Source of the DNA: Anaerolineae bacterium
GTDB taxonomy: Bacteria > Chloroflexota > Anaerolineae > S140-20
Direction: 5' to 3'
DNA length: 64,000 bases
NCBI GenBank assembly: GCA_027021705.1
Contig: JALUTT010000145.1
Coordinates: 827 to 64,826 of the forward strand
The notes beneath the pieces were generated by a model. The model did not search any database. It was not told the DNA's origin and saw only the letters and a list, made by a program, of their open reading frames with translations. The translations under genes and the position numbers were made by a program. Below, piece by piece: positions 40,358 to 49,649 of this stretch. Each line of letters opens with the position of its first letter. Positions within the stretch are counted from its first letter, which is position 1.

Positions 40358-41053
40358 TTGATGGACGTTCAGCAACTCAAACGGCAGGCTGCCGAACGGG
40401 CCGTGGAGTTCGTGGAATCGGGGATGGTGGTGGGGCTGGGCCACGGCAGCACCACCGCCTTCGCCCTGCGCCGCCTGGCCCAACTCCTCCAAGGCGGTCG
40501 GCTCCACGACATCCTGGGGGTTCCTTGCTCCTCCCACACCGAGGCAGAGGCGCGGCGGCTGGGCATCCCGTTGACCACGCTGGAAGAGCACCCGGTCGTG
40601 GACCTGACCATTGACGGGGCCGATGAGGTGGACCCGGCCCTGAACCTGATCAAGGGAGGAGGTGGGGCGCTGCTGCGGGAGAAGATCGTCGCCCAGGCCA
40701 GCCGCCGGGAGATCATCGTGGTGGACGAATCCAAGCTCTCGCCCGCCCTGGGCACCCGCTGGGCCGTGCCGGTTGAGGTGATCCCCTTCGGCTGGCGCTC
40801 CCAGGCCGCTTACCTGGAGTCCCTGGGCGCCGAGGTCGTCCTGCGACGCCGCGAGGACGGGACGCCCTTTCGGACCGACCAGGGCAACCTGATCCTCGAC
40901 TGTCGCTTCGGTCCCATACCCGATCCGGCTCCCCTGGCCGCCCGCATCAAGGCGCGAACCGGCATCGTGGAGCATGGGCTCTTCCTGGGGATGGCGACCG
41001 ATGTCATCGTCGCCGGACGGGAGGGGATCCGCCACCTGCGACGTGACGGGTAG
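40358..41053 (+). CDS. rpiA: Ribose-5-phosphate isomerase A
   Basis: 231 aa. [30 protein letters not shown]. Confidence 0.93.
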   Translation: MMDVQQLKRQAAERAVEFVESGMVVGLGHGSTTAFALRRLAQLLQGGRLHDILGVPCSSHTEAEARRLGIPLTTLEEHPVVDLTIDGADEVDPALNLIKGGGGALLREKIVAQASRREIIVVDESKLSPALGTRWAVPVEVIPFGWRSQAAYLESLGAEVVLRRREDGTPFRTDQGNLILDCRFGPIPDPAPLAARIKARTGIVEHGLFLGMATDVIVAGREGIRHLRRDG

Positions 41054-41055
41054 GG

Positions 41056-42201
41056 ATGCACATTCTCCTCTGCGAGCCCTACTTCACCGGCTCTCACCGG
41101 GCCTGGGCCGAGGGGTACGCCCGCCACAGCCGCCATCGGGTTACCCTCCTCACCCACGCCGGCCGCTTCTGGAAGTGGCGGATGCAGGGTGCGGCCCTCA
41201 CCCTCGCCCAGGCCGCCCGGTCCCTCGTGGCCCGCGACGGTCCCCCCGACCTGCTCCTGGCCACCGATATGCTCCACCTGCCCGCCTTCCTGGGCTTCAC
41301 CCGCCGCTTTCTGGGCGATCCCCCCGTCGCCCTCTACATGCACGAGAACCAGCTCACCTATCCGCCCCCACCCGGCACGAAGCCGGACCTGACCTACGCG
41401 ATGATCAACTGGCTGAGCATGGCGGCCGCCGACCGCATCTTCTTCAACTCCGCCTACCACCGGGCGGTCTTCTTCGAGGCCCTGCCCCGCCTGCTCAAGC
41501 ATTTCCCCGACTACACCCATACCCCCCTGATCGAGGCGGTCGCTGCCCGCTGTGAGGTGCTCCCCGTGGGGGTGGACCTGCGCCGGCTGGATGGCCCCTG
41601 CCCCGACCGCGCCGATGGGCCGACCGTCATCCTCTGGAACCAGCGTTGGGAGTACGACAAGGACCCGGCCACCTTCTTCGCCGCCCTCTACCGGCTGGCC
41701 GACGAAGGGCTCCCCTTCCGCCTCATCCTGGCCGGCGAGAACTTCCGGCGCAGTCCCCAGGAGTTCGAGGAGGCCCGGCGGCGGCTGGCCGACCGGCTGC
41801 TCCACTTCGGCTACGCCGAGCCGGAAGTCTACCCCTGCCTGTTACGCCAGGCTGACGTGGTGGTCAGCGCCGCCCGGCAGGAGTTCTTCGGCGTCGCCGT
41901 CGTCGAGGCGATCTACGCAGGCGCCTTCCCCGTCCTGCCCCGCCGCCTCACCTATCCCGACCTCATCCCACCCGCCTACCACGACCGGTGCCTCTACGAC
42001 GACTTGGAGGGGCTGGTGACGCGACTGCGCTGGGCCGTGATCCACCGGGAGCGAGCACGAGCCATCGCCCGGGCGCTACGTCCCATCGTCGCTTCTTTCG
42101 ATTGGGCCGAACTGGCACCTCGCTACGACGAACGGCTGGCCGCCCTCCGGCAGGCCGACGAGGATCGGCCGCCTCCTGCAGCCCATCCCCCAGCAGGTTG
42201 A
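41056..42201 (+). CDS. Glycosyltransferase family 4-like protein with DUF3524-type N-terminus
   Basis: [17 protein letters not shown]...[17 protein letters not shown] matches the DUF3524 pattern. GT-B C-terminal half. The 3' 240 nt overlap the convergent gene. Confidence 0.6.
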   Translation: MHILLCEPYFTGSHRAWAEGYARHSRHRVTLLTHAGRFWKWRMQGAALTLAQAARSLVARDGPPDLLLATDMLHLPAFLGFTRRFLGDPPVALYMHENQLTYPPPPGTKPDLTYAMINWLSMAAADRIFFNSAYHRAVFFEALPRLLKHFPDYTHTPLIEAVAARCEVLPVGVDLRRLDGPCPDRADGPTVILWNQRWEYDKDPATFFAALYRLADEGLPFRLILAGENFRRSPQEFEEARRRLADRLLHFGYAEPEVYPCLLRQADVVVSAARQEFFGVAVVEAIYAGAFPVLPRRLTYPDLIPPAYHDRCLYDDLEGLVTRLRWAVIHRERARAIARALRPIVASFDWAELAPRYDERLAALRQADEDRPPPAAHPPAG

Positions 42202-42949
42202 CGGCCAGGACGGTGAGGGAGAGGGCCAGGCCCGGCGCGACGGCGATCCAGGGGGCCGTCCGCAGGTAGGTCCGCCCCTCGTTGAGCATTGCCCCCCACT
42301 CCGGCGTGCCTAGGGGGGGGCCTAGCCCCAGGAAGCTGAGGGCCGAGACGTTGAGGATTGCCCAGCCCAGTTGGAGGGTGGCCATCACCAGGACGGGGCC
42401 GGCCACGTTGGGCAGCAGGTAGCGCCGCAGCAACCGGAGGTGCCCCACCCCCACCGCCCGGGCGGCCAGGATGTAGGGCTGGCGGGAGACGGTGCGGGTG
42501 GCGCTGCGGACGACGCGCACGACGCCGGGAAGCCCCGTCAGCCCCGTCGCCAGGGCGATGTTGCCCATCCCCGGTCCCAGCAGGGCGACGACGCCCAACG
42601 CCAGCAGCAGGTGGGGGAAGGCCAGGAGCAGGTCCATCCCCCGGCCGATCAGTTCGTCCAGCACGCCCTCGTAGAAGCCGGAGAGCAGCCCCAGCAGGAC
42701 GCCGGGCAGCGTCGCCAGGGCGGCTGCCAGGAGCCCCACCCCCAGCGTCCAGCGCCCGCCGTAGAGGAGCCGAATCAGCAGGTCCCGGCCCAGCAGGTCG
42801 GTCCCCAGGGGGTGAGCCGGGCTGGGGGGGGCCAGCGGATGCTGGGGGTCCGTCGCCAGAGGGTCGAGGTGGAGCAGGGAGGGCAGGAGCCCGACGGCCA
42901 GGCCGGTGAGGAGAAGCCAGGCCAGGGCGATCCGGGTCTTGCCGGTCAC
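41963..42949 (-). CDS. Peptide/nickel-type ABC permease (DppC/OppC-like)
   Basis: GTG start after ribosome-binding site GGAGG. N-terminal region with [13 protein letters not shown]-transporter core. Unusually long C-terminal tail. Confidence 0.75.
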   Translation of the reverse strand: MTGKTRIALAWLLLTGLAVGLLPSLLHLDPLATDPQHPLAPPSPAHPLGTDLLGRDLLIRLLYGGRWTLGVGLLAAALATLPGVLLGLLSGFYEGVLDELIGRGMDLLLAFPHLLLALGVVALLGPGMGNIALATGLTGLPGVVRVVRSATRTVSRQPYILAARAVGVGHLRLLRRYLLPNVAGPVLVMATLQLGWAILNVSALSFLGLGPPLGTPEWGAMLNEGRTYLRTAPWIAVAPGLALSLTVLAVNLLGDGLQEAADPRRPAGGRPAVRRSEVPVRPNRKKRRWDVAPGRWLVLAPGGSRPSAVASPAPPSRRRGTGRGRRVG

Positions 42950-43875
42950 CAGGACGCCTCCCGCAGGCGGGGGTCCAACCAGAGCTGGGCCAGGTCGGCG
43001 AGCAGGTTGACCAGGGTATAGACGGCGGCCCCCAGCAGGACGATGCCCTGGACGAGGGGCAGGTCGTGGACGAGGACGGCATTGAGGGCCAGTCGCCCCA
43101 GCCCCGGACGGGCGAAGATCGTCTCGGTGATCACCGTCCCGCCCAGCAGGAAGCCGGACTGGAGGGCCAGGAGGGTGAGGATGGGGGGCAGGGCGACGGT
43201 TCCGACGTGGCGGAGGAGGACTTGCCGCCAGGGGAGTCCTTTGGCCTGGGCGACGGTGACGTACCGCTGGCCCAGCACCTCCAATAGGCTGGCGCGAACC
43301 ATGCGGGCGATGGAACCCGCCGAGGTCCAGCCCAGGGTGAGGGCCGGGAGGACCAAGGAGAGGGGGCCTTCCCGGCCCGAGGCGGGCAGCCATCCCAGCC
43401 AGACGCTGAAGAGGAGGATGCCCAGCAGGCCGGACCAGGCGACGGGCGAGGAGAGGCCGGTCAGGGCCAGGGCCATACAGCCGGCGTCCCAGCGGCTCCC
43501 CGCCCGCAGCGCGGCCACCGTCCCCAGCACCCCGCCGATCAGGAGGGCGAGTCCCAGGGCGGCTACCGCCAGCTCGAAGGTCGCCGGAACGGCGTCGGCC
43601 AGCACCTGGAGGACGGGGCGGTTGTCGGACCAGGAGCGGCCCAGGTCCCCTTGCAGCAGCCGCGTCAGGAAGCGCAGGTACTGGGTTGCCAGGGGATCAT
43701 CCCAGCCCAGGGCCGCCCGCCGCCGGGCGATCTGGGCGGCCGAGGCACCGGAGCGGGCCATCTGCACCGTCACCGGGTCGCCGGGCAGCAGGTGCAGGGC
43801 CAGGAAGGTGAGGGTGGCCGCTGCCCACAGGACCAGGAGGCCGGCCAGAAATCGTCGCACGAGGATACGGAGCAT
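42946..43875 (-). CDS. Peptide/nickel-type ABC permease (DppB/OppB-like)
   Basis: Start trimmed to MLRILVRRFLAGLLVL. LPGDP motif. Six-transmembrane core. Confidence 0.8.
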   Translation of the reverse strand: MLRILVRRFLAGLLVLWAAATLTFLALHLLPGDPVTVQMARSGASAAQIARRRAALGWDDPLATQYLRFLTRLLQGDLGRSWSDNRPVLQVLADAVPATFELAVAALGLALLIGGVLGTVAALRAGSRWDAGCMALALTGLSSPVAWSGLLGILLFSVWLGWLPASGREGPLSLVLPALTLGWTSAGSIARMVRASLLEVLGQRYVTVAQAKGLPWRQVLLRHVGTVALPPILTLLALQSGFLLGGTVITETIFARPGLGRLALNAVLVHDLPLVQGIVLLGAAVYTLVNLLADLAQLWLDPRLREASW

Positions 43876-43895
43876 ATCTCCCCCGTTGAATCGGC

Positions 43896-45500
43896 TCACC
43901 GGGACGCCGATGGAGCCCACTCCAGGTCCACCAGCCAGGGGAACCAGCCCCGGGCGTCGTAGCGCAACCCTCGCAGCCGGGCGTCGGCCACGTTCAGGTT
44001 CACGTAGTCCCGGATGGGCAGGATCCAGGCTTCTTCCATGATGCGCTGCTGCACCCGGCGGTAGAGGGCGGTTCGGGCTGCCGGGTCCTGCTCCCGCGCA
44101 GCCTGGTCCAGCCAGCCGTCCACCTCGGCGTCGGCGACGCGGGCCATGTTGAAGCCTCCCTCCGAGTGGAAGAAGGTGCGCAGGAGGTCTGGGTCGCTGC
44201 CGGAGAGGAAGAAGGCGGCCAGGTGGTGAGCTCCCTTGCCCGTTGCCTCCAGCAGCTCCCCGAAGGGGACCACCCGGGCGTTCACCCGGATGCCCACCTG
44301 CTGCCACTGGTCCTGGAGGAGCTGGGTCACCTCCGGCAGGAAGCCCCAGCTGCCGATGTAGACCTCCAGTTGCAGGGGCTGCCCATCCCGCTCCCGCACC
44401 CCGTCGCCGTCGGCGTCGGTCCAGCCGGCCTCCTCCAGCAGCGCCCTGGCCCGGTCGGGGTCGTAGGGGTAGAACTGCCGGACCGCCGGGTCGTACCCCA
44501 GCGTCACCGCCGTCAGCGGTCCGTAGGCCACCGGGGAGGTGCCGCCGAAGACCGTCTGGACGATGGCCTCCCGGTCGGTGGCATAGAGGAGGGCCTGGCG
44601 GATCCGGCGGTCGTCGGTGGGGGCTTTCTGGGTGTTGATGTGGAACTGGAGGGACATCCCCGGGATGGGGACGGGGTAGAGGCGGAATCGCTCGTCGGCC
44701 TCCAGCCGCTGGGCGTCCTGGGGCGGGACTTCACCCATCACCTGGGCCTCACCCGATTCCAGGGCCAGGGCGCGGGTGGCCGGGTCCACGTAGAAGCGGA
44801 ACTCGATCTCCTCGATGGCCGGCGGCCCCTGGCGGGCGAAGAGGGAGGGCCCCCACCGGTAGTCCGGGTTGCGTCGTAGGAGCAGGTGGTCGTTGGGGAC
44901 GTACTCAACGAAACGATAGGGGCCGGTTCCCACCTGGTGGAACTGGTAGTCGGCCCCCCACCGGCGGAGGGCGGCCGGTGAGGCCATCCCCAGGTAGACC
45001 TGGCTGAGCCCGTCCAGCAGCGGGGCGTAGGGTTCCTTCAGGTGGATGCGGACCGTTCGCTCGTCCACCACCTCGGTGCGGTCGTAGGGGCCTAGCAGGA
45101 AGACGGCCTTGCGGGAGCCAGTCTCCGGGTCGGCGATGCGGTCCAGGTTCACCTTCACCGCCTCGGCGTTGAAGGGGGTGCCATCGTGGAAGTGGACGTC
45201 GGAGCGCAGGTAGAAGGTGTAGGTGCGCCCGTCGTCGGAGACCTCCCAGCGTTCCGCCAGCCCTGGGACGAAGGCGCCGGTCTCCGGGTCCTGGTAGACG
45301 AGGGTGTCGTAGACGCTGGTGAGGGGGATGCCCAGCTCCGAGGAGGCCCCGATGTGGGGGTCGAAGCCGGAGACGGGGGCCAGGGTCAGGCCGTAGACGA
45401 TGCGGGTGGGCTCTTTGGCCTGTCGGGAGGTGCAGCCCACCAGAAGCAGGGAGAAGATCACGAGAAGGCTTGGGATGCGCAGGCATTGCCGTGGCTTCAT
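43896..45500 (-). CDS. ABC transporter substrate-binding lipoprotein, family 5 (DppA/OppA-like)
   Basis: Start trimmed to MKPRQCLRIPSLLVIFSLLLVGC (lipobox). SBP_bac_5 body. Confidence 0.82.
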   Translation of the reverse strand: MKPRQCLRIPSLLVIFSLLLVGCTSRQAKEPTRIVYGLTLAPVSGFDPHIGASSELGIPLTSVYDTLVYQDPETGAFVPGLAERWEVSDDGRTYTFYLRSDVHFHDGTPFNAEAVKVNLDRIADPETGSRKAVFLLGPYDRTEVVDERTVRIHLKEPYAPLLDGLSQVYLGMASPAALRRWGADYQFHQVGTGPYRFVEYVPNDHLLLRRNPDYRWGPSLFARQGPPAIEEIEFRFYVDPATRALALESGEAQVMGEVPPQDAQRLEADERFRLYPVPIPGMSLQFHINTQKAPTDDRRIRQALLYATDREAIVQTVFGGTSPVAYGPLTAVTLGYDPAVRQFYPYDPDRARALLEEAGWTDADGDGVRERDGQPLQLEVYIGSWGFLPEVTQLLQDQWQQVGIRVNARVVPFGELLEATGKGAHHLAAFFLSGSDPDLLRTFFHSEGGFNMARVADAEVDGWLDQAAREQDPAARTALYRRVQQRIMEEAWILPIRDYVNLNVADARLRGLRYDARGWFPWLVDLEWAPSASR

Positions 45501-46018
45501 CGCGTTCCTCCGGGGTTGTGGGTGATCGCTGTCCAGCGGTCGCCGGCCCGCGTCCACTCTTGGCGGTGGCCGAGGCCGGCCCGGTTGTCAATCCAACGCA
45601 GCCAATGCGGGGTGATGCGGTATAGGGCTGCCTGGGAGAGGGCGCGGAACAGGGCGGGGTCGGTGAGGACGAAGGGGAACTTGGCCGTGTAGCGGACCCA
45701 AGCCCTGGTCCGCTCCCCGCCGGTGACCCGGTGGCAGAGGCCCTCCATTTGGAGGCCCCGGATCTCCCGCCAGTGGGCCGAGGTGGCGTGGATGGTGACG
45801 GCCACCCGGGGGTCCCGGGCCACGTTGGCCGCGTGGCGGCTGTCGGTTGCCGAGACGAAGTAGAGGATCAGGTCGTCGGTCTCGGCGTAGTAGAGGTCGG
45901 CGGCCTGGGGTTCTCCGTCAGGACCGACGGTGGCGAGGGTGAGGGTGGTGTGGTCGGCCAGGAAGGCCCGAATCTGGGCGGGGAGGGGGTGGGTCACCGG
46001 TCTGCCAGTCCTTTCCAC
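45497..46018 (-). CDS. Pyridoxamine 5'-phosphate oxidase-like FMN-binding family protein
   Basis: About 150-aa PNPOx-like domain (LTLATVGPDGEPQAADLYY...). Start is approximate: GTG 46018 or GTG 45997, with no in-frame ATG. Confidence 0.5.
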   Translation of the reverse strand: MERTGRPVTHPLPAQIRAFLADHTTLTLATVGPDGEPQAADLYYAETDDLILYFVSATDSRHAANVARDPRVAVTIHATSAHWREIRGLQMEGLCHRVTGGERTRAWVRYTAKFPFVLTDPALFRALSQAALYRITPHWLRWIDNRAGLGHRQEWTRAGDRWTAITHNPGGTR

Positions 46019-46575
46019 GGGGTGAAAAGGTGGTTCTCGATTCCCAGGCGGGCCAGGATGCGGCCCACGGTCTGGTCCACCAGCGCCTCTACGGATGGGG
46101 GGCGGGCGTAGAAGGCGGGGACGGGGGGGAAGATGATGGCGCCCAGTTCGGCGGCCTGGACCATCAGCCGCAGGTGGCCCAGGTGCAGAGGGGCTTCGCG
46201 CACGACGAGGAGCAGTGGCCGGCCCTCTTTGAGGGTGACGTCGGCGGCGCGGGTGAGGAGGTCGGCGGCGTAGCTGTGGGCGATGGCGCTGAGGGTCTTG
46301 ATGCTGCACGGGATGACGACCATGCCGTCGGTGGGGAAGGAGCCGCTGGCGATGGCGGCCCCGATGTCGTGGGGTTTGTAGACGACGTCGGCCAGGGCCT
46401 CGATAGCGTGCAGCGGGCGGTCGGTCTCGCTGCGAAGGGTGATGCGAGCAGCCGGGCTGATGATCAGGTGGGTCTCGACGGTGCTGTCTTGGGCTAAGGC
46501 ATCCAGCAGCCGGACGGCGAGGATGGCGCCGCTGGCCCCGGAGATGCCGACGATCAGCCGTTTGGGTGAGGACAT
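45994..46575 (-). CDS. ubiX: UbiX-family flavin prenyltransferase
   Basis: GISGASGA flavoprotein motif. 193 aa. Confidence 0.9.
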   Translation of the reverse strand: MSSPKRLIVGISGASGAILAVRLLDALAQDSTVETHLIISPAARITLRSETDRPLHAIEALADVVYKPHDIGAAIASGSFPTDGMVVIPCSIKTLSAIAHSYAADLLTRAADVTLKEGRPLLLVVREAPLHLGHLRLMVQAAELGAIIFPPVPAFYARPPSVEALVDQTVGRILARLGIENHLFTPWKGLADR

Positions 46576-46596
46576 TAATGTTCCTCGGCGTCCAAG

Positions 46597-46650
46597 GTAG
46601 TCGGGTGGTCGGGTGGTCGCTTGGTCAGGTGGTCAGGTGCTCGTTTGCTC
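46597..46650. repeat. Heptamer-periodic array (GGTCRNN), the inverted counterpart of the array at 48020-48110
   Basis: gtcgggtggtcgggtggtcgcttggtcaggtggtcagg is the reverse complement of cctgaccacctgaccaagcgaccacccgac at the other border. Confidence 0.8.
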
Positions 46651-46684
46651 AGATAGCGTCGGAATGTGAAACCTGATTACCTCC

Positions 46685-46912
46685 TCATAGCAACTCCAGA
46701 AAATCCTCCACACTCAATCGTGCCTGTTTCAAGATGTGTGCTAATGTGGAACGCTTGACAGGACGGTGCGCCGGGACAACGATCTTGAGCACCTCATCTC
46801 CCACACGCTTCTGTAACCGAATATGACTCCCCCGTTGGCGTACCACGGTCCAACCATCCCTTTGCAGGGCACGAATGATGCGGTAGTATGGCAAGCTGGG
46901 CACTTTGCTCAC
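46685..46912 (-). CDS. hicA: HicA-family mRNA-interferase toxin
   Basis: 75 aa. ...GWTVVRQRGSHIRLQK... matches the HicA core (GW..vr.kGSH). Confidence 0.75.
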   Translation of the reverse strand: MSKVPSLPYYRIIRALQRDGWTVVRQRGSHIRLQKRVGDEVLKIVVPAHRPVKRSTLAHILKQARLSVEDFLELL

Positions 46913-47118
46913 AGCTCGACCTCCTGCACTACCGCACTCTCCCGCAGCAGCGGGATCAAATCATCTTCCACTGGTTCTAGATACAGCTCGATCGCTTCTT
47001 GAATATTTTTCAAAGCTTCCTCTACCGTCTCTCCCTCGCTGATGCAACCGGGCAGAGAAGGAACATATACGGTATATCCACCCTCCTCACTGGGTTCAAG
47101 CACTACTTTGAAGCGCAT
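46909..47118 (-). CDS. hicB: HicB-family antitoxin (UPF0150-like)
   Basis: 69 aa. YTVYVPSLPGCISEGETVEEALKNIQEAIELYLE matches the HicB N-domain. 4-nt overlap (ATGA) with hicA. Confidence 0.75.
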   Translation of the reverse strand: MRFKVVLEPSEEGGYTVYVPSLPGCISEGETVEEALKNIQEAIELYLEPVEDDLIPLLRESAVVQEVEL

Positions 47119-47226
47119 TGCGACCTCCCCTTGACCGAATTATCTTCAGCATAGTAAGACACTGCAGGCTTCAGTGCTACTACTGCCTGCCACAACCCCT
47201 CACGGGAATCCTTGCATCCGAGTGGC

Positions 47227-47571
47227 TTACCGACGGTTTTGGATGATGATCTCAGAGAGTAGACGGTTCAGATCGTTCAGCTTTGTCTGGAGAGCTTGCC
47301 TTCGTTCTTCGGGCAACTCACGCCAGCGCCGGGCGCGGGCACGCATCTCGGGAGTAGGTCGAGCGATGGGCATACCGTGGGCCTCGAGCCAGGCGATGAG
47401 TTCGTCGCGGGTGGGCTCCCGCCCTTCGAGCAGCCAGATGGGGGGCTCGGCGACCGGGGAAGGTTCCTCTCGCCCCCGTCGCAGCTCGGCCACCGTCCGC
47501 TCTAGGACTTGTACTCGCGCTTCTAGTTCTTCCAGCCTTTCTTTTACTGAGAGGGAGGGTTGATGATCCAA
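47227..47571 (-). CDS. Hypothetical coiled-coil small protein
   Basis: 114 aa. The N-terminal heptad ERLEELEARVQVLERTVAELRR is shared with the neighbouring small protein. Confidence 0.45.
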   Translation of the reverse strand: MDHQPSLSVKERLEELEARVQVLERTVAELRRGREEPSPVAEPPIWLLEGREPTRDELIAWLEAHGMPIARPTPEMRARARRWRELPEERRQALQTKLNDLNRLLSEIIIQNRR

Positions 47572-47711
47572 TGGCGTTCTAGTCCTTGTACTCTGTCGAA
47601 ATCTGTGTCGTCAGATGCGATAGCTGTCAGACCCAGGCGTTGGATGATTGCCATATGCAGCGCATCGCGCGGGAGTAGTTAGTATCCACATATACCGAGC
47701 CGCTATGCACT

Positions 47712-48008
47712 TCATCGAGCTTCATAGAGGCCACCGATTTTCAGGGAGAAATCATAGTCTGCGGCTTTCTCTTGCCCTAGGCATCCGGCCAATTCGTCCA
47801 GTATCTCTTCGGGCTGGGGAGCCTCCATAGGGAGAATGCGGATTTCGCCCGCTTCAATGACGATTCGCACTTGCTTGCCCAAGCCGGCTGCTTGTAGAGT
47901 CTCCTGGTTGATGATCAGATTCCCTGGGTGGCTTACTTGTTTCAGTTCCGCTACGGTTTGCTCCAACCGGCGGACGCGCTTCTCCAGCTCTTCCAGTGTT
48001 GTTGCCAT
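47712..48008 (-). CDS. Small protein with N-terminal coiled coil and an AbrB/MazE/SpoVT-like swapped-hairpin domain (putative antitoxin or transition-state-regulator-like)
   Basis: Start ATG 48008 after ribosome-binding site GGAGGAGAG. ...GKQVRIVIEAGEIRILP... pattern. The long ORF in the track is over-extended. Confidence 0.55.
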   Translation of the reverse strand: MATTLEELEKRVRRLEQTVAELKQVSHPGNLIINQETLQAAGLGKQVRIVIEAGEIRILPMEAPQPEEILDELAGCLGQEKAADYDFSLKIGGLYEAR

Positions 48009-48019
48009 CGTCTCTCCTC

Positions 48020-48110
48020 CGCTGACCGCCGACCGCCGACCATTCGACCAGGCGACCACCTGACCACTCGACCAAGCGACCACCTGACCACCCGACCAAA
48101 TTATAACCGC
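48020..48110. repeat. Heptamer-periodic array (CGACCRN), the inverted partner of the array at 46597-46650
   Basis: cgaccgc cgaccgc cgaccat tcgacca ggcgacc acctgac cactcga ccaagcg accacct gaccacc cgaccaa. Confidence 0.8.
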
Positions 48111-48124
48111 CCTTCTTCCCCCCG

Positions 48125-48865
48125 TCAATCGGCCTGACGCCAGGGGCAGAGCCGGCGGTCGAGGCCGTCTACGACGAAGTAGAGGGTCAGGCCCAGCAGG
48201 CTCATCGCCAGCACGCCGGCGTACATCTGGGCGTAGCGCAACGCCCCCCAGCTCTCGACGATGATGTAGTAGCCCAACCCGGAGGTCGTGGCGTAGGTCT
48301 CGGCGATGAAGAGGACGGCGATGGCGGTCCCCACGCTGACCCGCAGGGCGGTGAGGACGGCCGGCAGGGAGGCCGGCAGGTAGACGTACCGGAAGAGCGC
48401 CCGCCGCCCCGCGCCCAGGGAGCGCACGGAGAGGATGAGCTCCGGGCGCAGGCCGGCCGCCTCGTCGCGCACGACGACGAGGATCTGGAAGAAGAGGATC
48501 AAGGCGATGAGGAAGACCTTGCTCCCGTTGCCGGATCCGAGGAGGACGAGGATGACGGGCAGGAAGACGATCTTGGGGATGGGGTGCACGATGTAGATCA
48601 GAGGCGAGAAGAGGCGGTCGAGGGTGCGGATCTGGCCTAGCCCCAGCCCCGCCGGCACGGCGACCAGGACGGCCAGGACGATGGCGGCCACGACCCGCCC
48701 GGCGCTGACCAGCAGGTGTCGGCCCAGGTCGCCCGGGAGCTGGCGGGCGAAGACGAGGAGCACCACCGTCGGCGGCGGGAAGACGGGCCGGGCGATGAGC
48801 AGGGAGAGCAGTTCCCACAGGATCAAGGTGGCGACGAACCCCAGAGCCGCATCACGCCAGCGCAT
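48125..48865 (-). CDS. ABC transporter permease, NitT/TauT family
   Basis: 246 aa, six transmembrane segments, SsuC-like. Confidence 0.82.
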   Translation of the reverse strand: MRWRDAALGFVATLILWELLSLLIARPVFPPPTVVLLVFARQLPGDLGRHLLVSAGRVVAAIVLAVLVAVPAGLGLGQIRTLDRLFSPLIYIVHPIPKIVFLPVILVLLGSGNGSKVFLIALILFFQILVVVRDEAAGLRPELILSVRSLGAGRRALFRYVYLPASLPAVLTALRVSVGTAIAVLFIAETYATTSGLGYYIIVESWGALRYAQMYAGVLAMSLLGLTLYFVVDGLDRRLCPWRQAD

Positions 48866-49649
48866 TGGCCTCCTCTCCCATCAGCGTTCGCAGTTCGTTG
48901 CAGCGGGTGAAAAAGCGTTCCTGGTGGCGGTAGCCGGGCTCGCCGGCCTGGGGGTTGGAGACGACGACGGCCTCCCGATGGGGCGGGTGGCCCAGGACCA
49001 GAATCTTCTCGCCGATGAAAACGGCTTCCTCGATGTTGTGGGTGACCAGGATGGTCGTCAGGTGCTGCTCGGCGTGCAGCTCCCGGGTGAGGTTCTGGAG
49101 GTCCTCCCGCGTCAGGGCGTCCAGGGCACCGAAGGGCTCGTCCATCAGCAGCAGGTCGGGGTGCAGGGCCAGGGTGCGGGCGATGGCGGTCCGCTGGCGT
49201 TGGCCGCCGCTGATCTGGTGGGGGTAGAGGTGGGCGACGTGGGCGATGCCCAGCCGGCGAAGCCAGTAGGCCACCCGGTCCTGGGCGTCGTCAAACCGCT
49301 CGTCGGCCGGGGCGTGCACGCCGTCGGGGCCGTAGAAGGCACGGATCTTCAGCCCCAGGGCCGCGTTCTCCTCGACGGTGGCCCAGGGGAGCAGGCCGTA
49401 GTCCTGCAAGATCAGGCCGGTGCGGGGGCGGGGGCGGGTGAGGGGCCGGCCGTCCACCAGGACCCGGCCGGCGGTGGGGCGGCGCAGGCCCGCCAGCAGG
49501 TAGAGCAGCGTCGTCTTACCGCAGCCGCTGGGACCGATGACCGCCCAGGCTTCTCCCCGCTCGACGCTCCAGGAGAAACCCTCGAAGAGGGTGATGCCGC
49601 TGGGATAGGCGAAGGTGAGGTCCTGGACCTGGATCATCGGATCGTTCAT
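48852..49649 (-). CDS. ABC transporter ATP-binding protein, NitT/TauT family
   Basis: Walker A GPSGCGKTT. LSGGQRQRTAIARTL. Confidence 0.88.
   Translation of the reverse strand: MNDPMIQVQDLTFAYPSGITLFEGFSWSVERGEAWAVIGPSGCGKTTLLYLLAGLRRPTAGRVLVDGRPLTRPRPRTGLILQDYGLLPWATVEENAALGLKIRAFYGPDGVHAPADERFDDAQDRVAYWLRRLGIAHVAHLYPHQISGGQRQRTAIARTLALHPDLLLMDEPFGALDALTREDLQNLTRELHAEQHLTTILVTHNIEEAVFIGEKILVLGHPPHREAVVVSNPQAGEPGYRHQERFFTRCNELRTLMGEEANALA

Noticed and set aside
47712-48818. 368-aa ORF on the minus strand.
   Set aside because: Only the last about 98 codons (47712-48008) follow a ribosome-binding site and form a compact domain. The upstream part is Arg/Pro-rich and runs antisense through the ABC permease gene.
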